A stretch of 64,000 nt of DNA from Octopus sinensis (taxonomy: Eukaryota): NCBI RefSeq assembly GCF_006345805.1, contig NC_043011.1:29090464-29154463 (forward strand), read 5' to 3'. A program made the translations under genes and the position numbers. The notes under the pieces are model-generated. The model was given only the letters and a program-made list of their open reading frames with translations, did not search any database and was not told the origin of the DNA. Of the stretch, positions 45,080 through 55,343 are shown in pieces. How positions within the stretch are numbered: position 1 is the stretch's first letter; each line of letters starts with the position of its first letter.

Positions 45080-45468
45080 TCTTTATATATAATAGAGAAG
45101 TTGTGTGTCTGTCTCCTACGATTTAGATTCCTAACTACTCCCACATTTTGCGGTGCAGTTTAACCAAAACCGGGTATCTTATAGTCGTGATTCATATCGA
45201 GCCCTTCTGGGTATTAGCGCACGTCTACGATGAGTCTACGATTAAAAAAAAATTTTTTTTCCATTTTAATGTATTTTTTTTCGCTATTATATTAGGGAAG
45301 TATCTCTCTAAAAATGTCTACGATGAGTCAACGATTTAAAAAAAAATTTACCATAATTTTTTTCCATTTTTTATGCATTTTTTGCTATTTTTTTGGTTAT
45401 AACTCTCTAAAAATGCTTATATAGTTATTTCCCTTACAAACCCGAGCAACGCCGGGCGATACTGCTAG
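45080..45468 (+). mobile_element. Non-autonomous Helitron
   Basis: A|TCTTTATATATAA...GATACTGCTAG|T. Confidence 0.82.
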
Positions 45469-46185
45469 TAATATATAATGAAATTATTGTATACAGTGCT
45501 CAGGTGCACCACAACATCATCAGTTCAAGCTGATGGAGATATAGCAGTGATATCTCACCCTGCGCATCTTTACCCAATATATGACTTAAGACGAGATGGT
45601 CACAACTACAAAATCTTGATCATCGTTGATCTGGAGTGCTAAAGATACCCAAGGTTTGAGCAATATAACCGAATGAAGAACGGGATTGTATATCATGTAT
45701 GTATGTGTGTGTTTGTACAGGGTATCCCCCCAAAATATATACACACTTTAAATAATTGTAAAATAGGTTATTAAAATTATTTCATTTTCAAAATTTAATA
45801 GAATCTACAGACATTATTCTATTGTTTTGTCAATGCCTTCTTTTCAAACTAATGTCCGTTCTGGTCCATTATTATGTACAATTGATGGATATTCGTCCTC
45901 ATGTTTGTTATTAACACAACGTTTCTGCTGGTGTACCCTCCAGCCTTCTTCAAGTGTCTTGAGGAAATTTCGAACCTGGGTTCTCATACCTAAGGTATAT
46001 TTCGATGTTGTTATTATTATAGTCCTTGCAATAATAATAATAATTATAAAAATAATAATAAAATATCCGTCAATTGCAAAAGTCTATTTTTCGTTTAGTT
46101 TACGGGTTGAATATGAACGCCCGAAACAACACAGCACACAATGGGCGAGAAATTTTTTATATTACGTCTATTTTTGATTGATATG

Positions 46186-46349
46186 ACGGGGTGAGCGCGA
46201 ACGCAGACCCCACACTTAGAAATAGCGCACCCGAGTCGCCCACATTTGGGGCGATCGCAAAGGCCAACCCAACCGGAGTGCAATGGAAGGGCCTCACTTT
46301 GGGAGAACCACCTTGATGATCATGGTTTACTCCTGTGCCAGGTAAGTAT
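46186..46349 (-). ncRNA. U1: U1 snRNA gene, copy 1 (variant)
   Basis: 164 nt; starts ATACTTACCTGG; loop II ATTGCACTCC; loop III CAAATGT; terminal GCG-TTCG-CGC stem; two substitutions relative to copies 2-4; 3'-box-like AAAAATAGA downstream. Confidence 0.96.
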
Positions 46350-46440
46350 GTTTTTTAGGCGTTCACTAATCTCATATAAACGATATTTGCATTGTAGCTT
46401 CACTGATATTGCCTCTAATATTACCTTAAAATATTAATTT
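46350..46440 (-). promoter_or_regulatory. U1 proximal promoter block (also 48663-48750, 53117-53205, 55039-55125)
   Basis: About 90 bp near-identical upstream of all four U1 genes; contains ATGCAAAT at about -43..-36 and TTTATAT at about -31..-25. Confidence 0.75.
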
Positions 46441-47050
46441 TTCAGCATATTCCATTATATATATTATAACTCAACTGCTACAACTCATTATTTCTAATTC
46501 AATGGTTTAGTAAGATAATGATTAATTTCTTGAAATATTATAAAGTTTAGAAATTATAACCTTGTTTAATCCAAAAGTAACGGCAAATGAACAAGGGAGA
46601 CAATTCCAGTTTTATTTGTAAGTTTACCGATAAAAATATTTACTGTAATACATTTACTACACAAAACGAACCAACAAAAGAGTATCTTACATGATCGTTA
46701 GGCATGCTAGATATAACAACGAAATCTTCCTCAAATTACACACAATGGTTTATATTTTTTACAAAGATGAAAACTAACCGGGGCCGGTTGTCAAGCGGTG
46801 GTGCGGGACAAATAGAGCATACACACACGCACGTATATGATATCTGTATATATACCAATGTACGACCGGTTGATTGATGCCCGGAATAAGTAATATCGTG
46901 TTTCGGTGAAATATAGACATACATTCAAGAAACAATTATGTAAAACATTATTATTGAAGTATAAAAATTTTACTACTAAATACAATATTTTATAAAACAA
47001 AACCACTGACGGAAGACTTTTACAATCAATGCTTGTAGCGTAATTGGGGA

Positions 47051-47051
<1 letters not shown>

Positions 47052-47119
<68 letters not shown>

Positions 47120-47135
47120 TATGTTACATTTTCTA

Positions 47136-47181
<46 letters not shown>
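47052..47181. repeat. Interrupted (TA)n microsatellite; many other (TA)n/(CA)n/(GAT)n tracts, e.g. 1667-1720, 2024-2077, 35126-35290, 61592-61684
   Basis: Direct reading. Confidence 0.95.
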
Positions 47182-47186
<5 letters not shown>

Positions 47187-47898
47187 ACGGCAGAAATTGA
47201 TTAGTAAACAATTTTATGATGTGTCGAAGTCAGCAGTTGTAACGATCAAAAGTTGTTATAATTGTTTACTGTAGGATGTGAAAGATGAATAATGCATGAA
47301 GTTTTAAGGAAAAGTTTATTTACCGTTACGTTACAATACCTTGCCTCGACGAGCAGGTTATGATAAATCCAAAAGCATGCGAAGTAAAGTTTGTGTTTGT
47401 GGCCTCTACATTGTTTAGTAGTAGTTACAGAGAGAGACAGAATGACGTTGTAAGAGAACAGAATTGGAGCTAGTGAGAGTGAGAGAGTGTGGGACGTTGT
47501 CTTTCTGTTTCCCTCTGGCCGTTTTGTCTGCCTGCTTCCATGATTCTAGTGGTCGGTTCACTAACCGATGTTAGCTCTCTCTCAACTCACGAGTTGTCAC
47601 CAAAGTGACTAACTGATTTTTGCTTGGGGTATGCTTGCTTATATAACTATCCAGAAGGCTAGATATATCATTGGGAACAATAGATTTAGTTGGTGGTCTT
47701 GTTATCTCTATTCTAGCTTTTGGTGAAGTAGAAGAGGTTAGAAAGGGTCAAGCGGTGAAGACATTATTTCGGCCTAGCTAAAGGCATCTGGAAAATATAA
47801 AACTGCTGTCAGAGAAAAACCATTGTTCCACCGTGGGAAAAGTTCTGCTGCAGTGATAATTTAAATTTGAGAATGGTGGATCGAATCCACTTCATACA
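47182..47898. mobile_element. Possible solo LTR
   Basis: Starts TGTAACGG immediately after (TA)n, candidate CA end near 47898; boundaries uncertain. Confidence 0.3.
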
Positions 47899-48498
47899 TG
47901 CAAGATTCACTACAGATATATATCACAGTCTCTACAATATATATCTATATTCAATAACGAACCATATAATTCATACTCTGGAAATTTTTTTCTGTAAAAT
48001 ATTAGGAGCTTCCACCTCACCTCACCCCGTTTTTCTCTCTCTCCAAAAAGGTTTCTGTAGCATATTAGGTCACAGAAATTCATTTAACGAAAAAAGAAAA
48101 TTCCCAATGATTCCGGGAATGGGGGTCCCCTTCGCCCCCCCCCTTCCTGACCGAACTAAAATAAGGGATCTGCAGCATATTAGGAGGTCAGGGTACTTGA
48201 TTCCACGCAAACATTCCGAGAAATTTCTTGGTGGAAAACGAGCGGGTATTAATCTAAAAGTTCACTCTTTGTTTTCGTTTCTAGCATTAACTCACATGGA
48301 GATTGGCAAAAGTTATGGCTGAAAATCGATTTTTACCAGTATCCGCGGGTGCTTTGGAGAAAATAAGTTGACAGAGAAACCCAGCCAAAATGTTTTTCAT
48401 AATTGAAAGACAAATGAAAAGAGAAACAACCTAGAAAATCTTGTCAAAAGGCGAAAATCCAACTTCTGTTGGTAGACTGTCTGTTCTTGAATTATATG

Positions 48499-48662
48499 AC
48501 GGGGTGAGCGCGAACGCAGACCCCACACTTAGAAATAGCGCACCCGAGTCGCCCACATTTGGGGCGATCGCAAAGGTCAACCCAACCGGAGTGCAATGGA
48601 AGGGCCTCACTTTGGGAGAACCACCTAGATGATCATGGTTTACTCCTGTGCCAGGTAAGTAT
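48499..48662 (-). ncRNA. U1: U1 snRNA gene, copy 2 (variant)
   Basis: ATACTTACCTGGCACAGGAGTAAACCATGATCATCTAGGTGGTTCTCCCAAAGTGAGGCCCTTCCATTGCACTCCGGTTGGGTTGACCTTTGCGATCGCCCCAAATGTGGGCGACTCGGGTGCGCTATTTCTAAGTGTGGGGTCTGCGTTCGCGCTCACCCCGT; 3'-box-like AAGAACAGA. Confidence 0.96.
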
Positions 48663-50872
48663 ATTTTTTTCGGCGTTCACAAATCTCATATAAACGATAT
48701 TTGCATTGTAACTTCACTGATATTGCCTCTAATATTACCTTGAAATATTAATTTCTCTCTAAATATCATCATATATATTATAGCTCAACTACTACAACTC
48801 ATTATTTCTAATTCAATGGTTTAGTAAGATAATGCTTTAATTTCTTGAAATATTATAAAGTTTAGAAATTATAGCCTCGTGTTATTCAACAGTAACGGCA
48901 AATGAACAAGGGAGACAATTCCAGTTTTATTTGTAAGTTTGCCGATAAAAATATTTACTGTAATACATTTACTACACAAAACGAACCAACAAAAGAGTAT
49001 CTTACATGATCGTTAGGCATGCTAGATATAACAACGAAATCTTCCTCAAATTACACACAATGATTTCTATTTTTTCTTACAAAGATGAAAACTAACCAGC
49101 GCCGGTTGTCAAGCAGTGGTGGGGCAAATGAAATAGAGTATACACACGCGGGCGCGCGCGTCAGTGTACGTACGACCGATTGTGTTTTTTTTAAAGTTTA
49201 AGTTTTAAGTAGTCATAATCTTTATTTATTTGTAAATTATTTATACTTTGTATATAATAATCGCAAAATTTTTTATATAACACGAACTCATTCATTCTAT
49301 GTAATTGTTTGTCCTGTGCTGCCCCTATTTCTGTGTTTGATCCACAGTGATCTCAATAAAGATTTGTTTGATGCCCGGAATAAGTAATATCGTGTTTCGT
49401 TGAAATATAGACATACATTCAAGAAAAAAATATGTAAAACAAGTAAAACATTATTATTGAAGTATAAAAATTTTACTACTAAATAAAATATCTTATAAAC
49501 AAAACCACTGACGGAAGACTTTTACAATCAATGCTTGTAGCATAGTTGGGGAGGAGGCAATGGGGTGATCAGCTTAGACGGCACTTTTACGGGGATAGTA
49601 CTTACGGATCTACTGTATAAGCCTGTAAAAGAGGATTGAGGGAAGAGGTAAGGGATGGCAATCTTAAGGGACACTCTGGGTAGCACGTAGTATAACAACG
49701 CCAATATATGTGTAAACAATATTTTTCGTGAATGGGAAGGTCAGCTTTTTATGAAGATACGTGTTCAAAATTTATTCTTTTTTACTCTCCCACCACCTCA
49801 CCATCACACTCCGGACCAATCTTGGCGAATTCTTTTGCAAGTAAAACTATGATAGGATCCTTTTCAGTAAAAAGAAAAGTATTGTAAATATTCTCAGAAG
49901 AAAAAGTGTGTGTTTTAATGGAGATTTGGTTGTTATTTCTAGCACATCCTATGATGGCCCTCCTTGTTTCTTTCTTTCTCACTGATACATCTATTGAAGT
50001 TTTTCAATATTTTTCTCTCCATAAACACATTTACGGAATTAATTTTTTTATATTTATGATTTTTTTTTTCTATCCCACTGCCCGGCCTCGATTGTTTCTC
50101 TTCATAATACAAAATATTTTAGATCCTGAGAAGGTCATTGCTGGCACTTATAAACAGTGATTTCAAAAAAGTAGTATGTAAAAGATAATTCATTTTAACA
50201 GTATACTTTTCTGTTAGGAAAAGTTTGGAAATACTTCCGCCCGTCCCCCCACCCCCATATTCTCTCAAATTTGTTAATTTTTGTAATTTTTTGTGCCCAA
50301 AATCCCCGTTTTCGGATATGGAGGTTCCGGAAAATTGCCAAAAATCGGCGTTGGGAAATTCCTCCCCTTCCCCACAACTTCTTCAATTTTGTCTTTTTTC
50401 CCCAACACTAACCCTAAAACCGTAACCCTAACCTTACCCTAACCCTAACCCTAAAGCCGTAACCGTAAATACAGAAATGTTTTGAAATGTTTGTCCGTAT
50501 TTTTCCGCTTATTTAGAAAAAAAAAATTCTTAAAAAAAATTTTACAAAGATTTTTGGAAATTTTTTCAGAATCATAATCTCCGTATTTTTCCGTATATAT
50601 TGAAAAAAAAATTGTGAAAAAAAGTTTAAAATGAAGGAAATGGGGGTGGGGTGGTAATTTAGAAATGTCGATTTTTGCCAATTTTTTTGTAGATTCGTAT
50701 TCCCCGTAGCCAAAGGTGGGGGTGGGGGCGAGGAGTTGTGTGGAAAATTTTTTTTTAAGGGTGGGTTTTTTTTGGGGGGGGGGGGCAGGATAGGCGGAAG
50801 TCTTGCCAAAAGTTTTCCTTTACACACACACACATTGAAGTAGGGGTAAACATTTTAATTACCATTTTTTTG

Positions 50873-52230
50873 TGAAAAAAAAAACAGAAGCGAAGAGAGA
50901 ATTACGGCTAATTCTTTATTATAGGCACAATGGCCTGATTATATAGAGAGGACAATACAAAATACACGCGGGAACACAAAACGAATGAAAAAATGAAAAT
51001 GAAATGAATATAAACAGGGTGTAGATGAGACAGCCGCCTCGCCCCCGCTGCGAGACGAACTGTGATTATCTTACTTTCTTAAACTTACAACAATAACTTT
51101 ACAAAAAACATTGGTTTTTACATCTGTAACAGCCCTTACACTACTTACTCCACCGCATTCTTCTACCACTTCTGGAGTCATTAGGGTTGTTGAGCAGCCC
51201 GTGTCTGCGAAGGCTCGTGATACCTTTCCGTTCATCACGACTTCTACTACTGGCAACGACTGTAAACAGGCCTCTATTCCTTCGACGGGACAACCAGCAG
51301 CGCAGTAGTCTCCCTTGGACCGTTTCCCTGCACACATTCACCAGCGATGTGGCCTATCTGTCTGCATCAATGGCAAATCACTCCAGGCCTGGGTTCCCTG
51401 CAGTCCCCCGCCATGTGGGAAAACTGACACCGAAAACACTGTCCTTTGAGGGGTCGCGCACGTTCCTTGTTCGACTTTTCAAAATTTCATCTTGCATACT
51501 TTTATTTTATAATGTTCTATGTCCCCAATGTCTTGTAGTGTCCCCTCTATGTCGCCCCTCGTGGGTAATAAAGAAAAAGTTCCTTGTTCGACTCCTCTCC
51601 GCCGCTCTTTGTTCGACCCCTTCTCGGTGTTGCAGTCGCTGCCAAAGGTGTCGTCCCGCAACACGAGACGATGATTCTGGCCCGAGAGAGCACCTCTCTC
51701 ATTGACATAGACTGAATGTTCGGCAGCTTTTGTAGCTCGACCGACACATGGCCAGGAAATCCAGTCACAAAGGCTAATTTTACGGATTGTTTTAACGTGC
51801 CATCTCTATATCCCACGAGTATAGCCAATCTCCTGATTTCGTTGGGAAACACATCGACCTGTTTGCCCCTCCACTTTGTTTTCCCCAGTCGACCATATGC
51901 CATAAATGGTCCTTCTGTGAAAACCTCCATTAGACGGCCTTCTATTTTTTCTGCGCTCAACTGGCCCTTCTCTTCCATTTCCAGGTGTAGCGCCAACGCC
52001 GATCCACCGAGGTACAACGGTATAAAACTCGCTAGATCATCTGTATCTTGGAGTCTTGCCACCAACTTAATATTTTGCAGTCAAGCAGTAATATCTCCCC
52101 CACACAAAATAGCCTAAACGTCTCATTCGAAACACGGACCAAACCAATCACTTTTTTTTTCTCCTTTGAACCGAAATATCTTGTATTGTAAAGGAAGAAA
52201 AAAGTCAGAAGCGAAGAGAGAATTACCGTA
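50873..52230 (-). mobile_element. Degenerate Gypsy-type LTR retrotransposon (gag + protease, RT/IN deleted)
   Basis: Gag-like LVARLQ..LASFIPLYLGGSALALHLEM..; aspartic protease VVMNGKVSRAFADTGCSTTLM; G-rich tract (51033-51050) before a TG-starting LTR-like segment (51032-50873) with TATATAA and AATAAA; the LTR 3' motif GTAATTCTCTCTTCGCTTCTG recurs near 52205-52228. Confidence 0.8.
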
Positions 52231-52757
52231 GTCTTACCTGTCGGTCCAGAGAAAGGGTCACTTTCAACATCCACGTCTTGTCACGAACTCCAATGTTCAC
52301 TCCACGTCCTTGCGCGCTATCCGTTACTCGACCGTCTCACACGTCCGCTCTGATGTGCTGTTCGCCGTCGACTGACTCTCGTGCTTCACCGAATGCCGCA
52401 TATCCACCACGGAACTTCCAGTGGTTTCCACAGACCTCACTTCTGACAGGACATGCCTACTCCCTCACCTCCGATCCTTCCCTACAACACAGCAAGGCTC
52501 ATAACACCACATTATTGTTGCTTATATCCCACCAATAGATCGCGCGTGTGTTACATTCGGCATTATAATTCCATAAAATGTGTTAATGAGAGAAAAATAT
52601 TGAAAAAAACATCAATAAATGTGAGAGTGTAAACGAGGATGGTGGTCTTGGGTCATTCAGAGTCTTCTTTCCAGATTAAGTTTGCAATTTCGGCTGGATA
52701 TACTCGAGATTGCTCCAATCTGGCCAGCCCCAAGGAAAAACGAAGCTGAGACGACTA
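51660..52757. repeat. Segmental duplication, partner 62782-64000+
   Basis: Gypsy remnant, LTR-like segment and downstream repeat share the same junctions in both places. Confidence 0.85.
52279..52511. mobile_element. Possible solo LTR (TGTCACG...CA); duplicate at 63400-63632
   Basis: TG...CA termini, GC-rich relative to flanks; no TSD seen. Confidence 0.4.
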
Positions 52758-52952
52758 GATTCATACAAATATATAAACCAAACAGGCTCCTTTCAAATTC
52801 TTGAAGAGCCAAAATCGGTCAGGATTGGAATGGTGAGGAGTGAAAGAATTACATTTCACAAGAAGAGATGCTTCTTTTCATTTCAACGACTGTATTGAAA
52901 TTTATAAAAAGTGAGGCGGAAAAATTCTGATAGTCTATTCTTCGATTATACG

Positions 52953-53116
52953 ACGGGGTGAGCGCGAACGCAGACCCCACACTTAGAAATAGCGCACCCG
53001 AGTCGCCCACATTTGGGGCGATCGCAAAGGTCAACCCAACCGGAGTGCAATGGAAGGGCCTCACTTTGGGAGAACCACCTAGATGATCATGGTTTACTCC
53101 TGTGCCAGGTAAGTAT
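52953..53116 (-). ncRNA. U1: U1 snRNA gene, copy 3 (variant)
   Basis: Identical by eye to copy 2; 3'-box-like AAGAATAGA. Confidence 0.96.
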
Positions 53117-53591
53117 ATTTTTTTAGGCGTTCACAAATCTCATATAAACGATATTTGCATTGTAACTTCACTGATATTGCCTCTAATATTACCTTGAAAT
53201 ATTAATTTTCTCTAAATATCATCATATATATTATAGCTCAACTACTACAACTCATTATTTCTAATTCAATGGTTTAGTAAGATAATGCTTTAATTTCTTG
53301 AAATATTATAAAACTTAGAAATTATAGCCTTGTTTAATCCAACAGTAACGGTAAATGAACAAGGGAGACAATTCCAGTTTTATTTGTAAGTTTATTGATA
53401 AAGATATTTACTGTAATACATTTACTACACAAAACAAACCAACAAAAGAGCATCTTACCTGATCGTTAGGCATGCTAGATATAACAACGAAATCTTCCTC
53501 AAATTACACCCAATGATTTCTATTTTTTACAAAGACGAAAACAAACCAACGCCGGTTGTCAAGCGGTAGTGGGTGAGAAATACAACATTCA

Positions 53592-53624
<33 letters not shown>

Positions 53625-53949
53625 GCCCGCGCGCGCGCACGCTTTGTGGATGTATTGTGTTTGTGTGTGTGTATATTTGTATAAGTACTACGTTTATGCA
53701 TTCTTTGTACATTTATGTGTGTGTGTATATGTGTAAATACTGTTTATGTATTATGTGTTTGCGTGTATGTATATTTATATGTAAGTAATGTATGTGTTTA
53801 TGTGTGTGTATTTGTGCATACACGCATGTACAATATATACAATCGACGATGTGTGAACAAGATGGTTTTTACCTCGATTTCTCTCCCTACTAAGATATTC
53901 AGACAAGTTTACAGACGAACACGAAAATCACAGATACACAGACAGACAG

Positions 53950-54490
53950 ATATGTTTCTTTATTAGCCACACAGGGCTGCACACAGACAGGACAGATTAC
54001 AAAGTAGAGCTTTGCTTTTTGGGGGGGGGGAACGAAAAAGAAGTGGGGTAGGTTTTCGATCAAAAGGGATCGTAAAAGGGAAAGAAGAAAAAAAAAACCA
54101 AAAAAGGAAAGAAAAAAAGAAAAAAAGAAAAAGGGGAAAAAAACGATCAATAGGGATCGTGTATTACAGTGTCATAATGTAATGTGTAAAGGGAAAGCAG
54201 ATAAGGTTTATCCGTGGGAAGAAAGCCTACGGAAAAGACCACGGTAACCTCGGTCAATATTGTTACATGTTACCACATTTGTTTTAAATTTCCGGGTTCA
54301 TAGGATTATGCTCAAGGTGGTTTCGTCATCCATACGTGCCATCCTTGCTACATTCACCCATCTTTTTTTAAAACATTTGCTAGACAGAACTTGCCTCTCT
54401 ACTCTCACTTTCCTTTTCAAGTGATACTTGAAGAAGTTGATGAGAGATTGACCAGAGAGGAAAGTGTTTGTCTTCAATCCTTTCAGACGC
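53950..54490 (-). mobile_element. L1/Tx1-like LINE 3' end
   Basis: ORF 54298-54507 (..FLSGQSLINFFKYHLKRKVRVERQVL..RWVNVARM..) followed by a 3' UTR ending GTGGCTAATAAAGAAA. Confidence 0.55.
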
Positions 54491-54598
54491 GGATTGGAGA
54501 CAAACACTTTCCTCTCTGGTCAATCTCTTATCAATTTCTTCAAGTATCACTTGAAAAGGAAAGTGAGAGTAGAGAGGCAAGTTTTGTCTAGTAAATGT
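54373..54598. repeat. Foldback hairpin, 108-bp arms, 10-nt loop
   Basis: The ORF track gives near-identical peptides on opposite strands (54380-54628 minus, 54391-54591 plus); 5 mismatches. Confidence 0.9.
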
Positions 54599-54874
54599 GA
54601 ACGTCGAAATTCTGTAGCACAAAGTCATGCTTAGTAGTGCAGATGGATAAAAAACAAACTTCGCTGCTGATGTGGCGCGTGGGTGGGATTAGCACTTATC
54701 AGTACGACAAACAAATGCGATAACGAACATGTGATTGTAGCGGGAGCATTTAAGTGAGAAGAAAAAAGTTTATACTAGACAACTCTTTGAACTACGGGTG
54801 AGAGCGACTGAAACAAAACATTTAACTGGAACATGAGAAAATTTCCTCATTTACGTCTATTTTTGATTGATATG

Positions 54875-55038
54875 ACGGGGTGAGCGCGAACGCAGACCCC
54901 ACACTTAGAAATAGCGCACCCGAGTCGCCCACATTTGGGGCGATCGCAAAGGTCAACCCAACCGGAGTGCAATGGAAGGGCCTCACTTTGGGAGAACCAC
55001 CTAGATGATCATGGTTTACTCCTGTGCCAGGTAAGTAT
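54875..55038 (-). ncRNA. U1: U1 snRNA gene, copy 4 (variant)
   Basis: Identical by eye to copy 2; 3' flank shared with copy 1 (AAAAATAGA). Confidence 0.96.
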
Positions 55039-55271
55039 GTTTTATAGGCGTTCACAAATCTCATATAAACGATATTTGCATTGTAACTTCACTGATATTG
55101 CCTCTAATATTACCTTAAAATATTAATTCTTTAACTAATTTCGTCACATACATTATAGACCACCTTAATATAACTCATTATTTCTAATTAAATGGTGTTT
55201 TAATTTAATGCTATAATCTGTTAATATATTTTTGAAATTATAATCTTATTTAAATTAACGGTACTGGCAAG

Positions 55272-55343
55272 TGAACAAGGGAGATAATTCCAGTTTTATT
55301 TGTAAGTTTACCGATAAAAATATTTACTGTAATACATTTACTA
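55272..55343 (-). promoter_or_regulatory. U1 distal conserved block (candidate DSE; counterparts near 46588, 48902, 53356)
   Basis: TGAACAAGGGAGA..TTCCAGTTTTATTTGTAAGTTT..GATAAA.ATATTTACTGTAATACATTTACTAC conserved at about -235..-305 in all four copies, while neighbouring sequence in copy 4 has diverged. Confidence 0.55.

Noticed and set aside
46338-46349. Perfect splice donors CAGGTAAGT on the plus strand (four times) and associated short ORFs (e.g. 46246-46437, 48441-48632, 52849-53064, 54822-55126)
   Set aside because: They are the reverse complement of the U1 5' end; the ORFs are chance translations of the snRNA genes.
52640-52757. GAAATTGC/GCAATC pairing in the dispersed repeat, possibly a ribozyme
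   Set aside because: Could not place a CUGANGA-type core in the correct order.
54684-54705. CTTATCAGT match to U2 snRNA
   Set aside because: Only 9 nt, no other U2 features.
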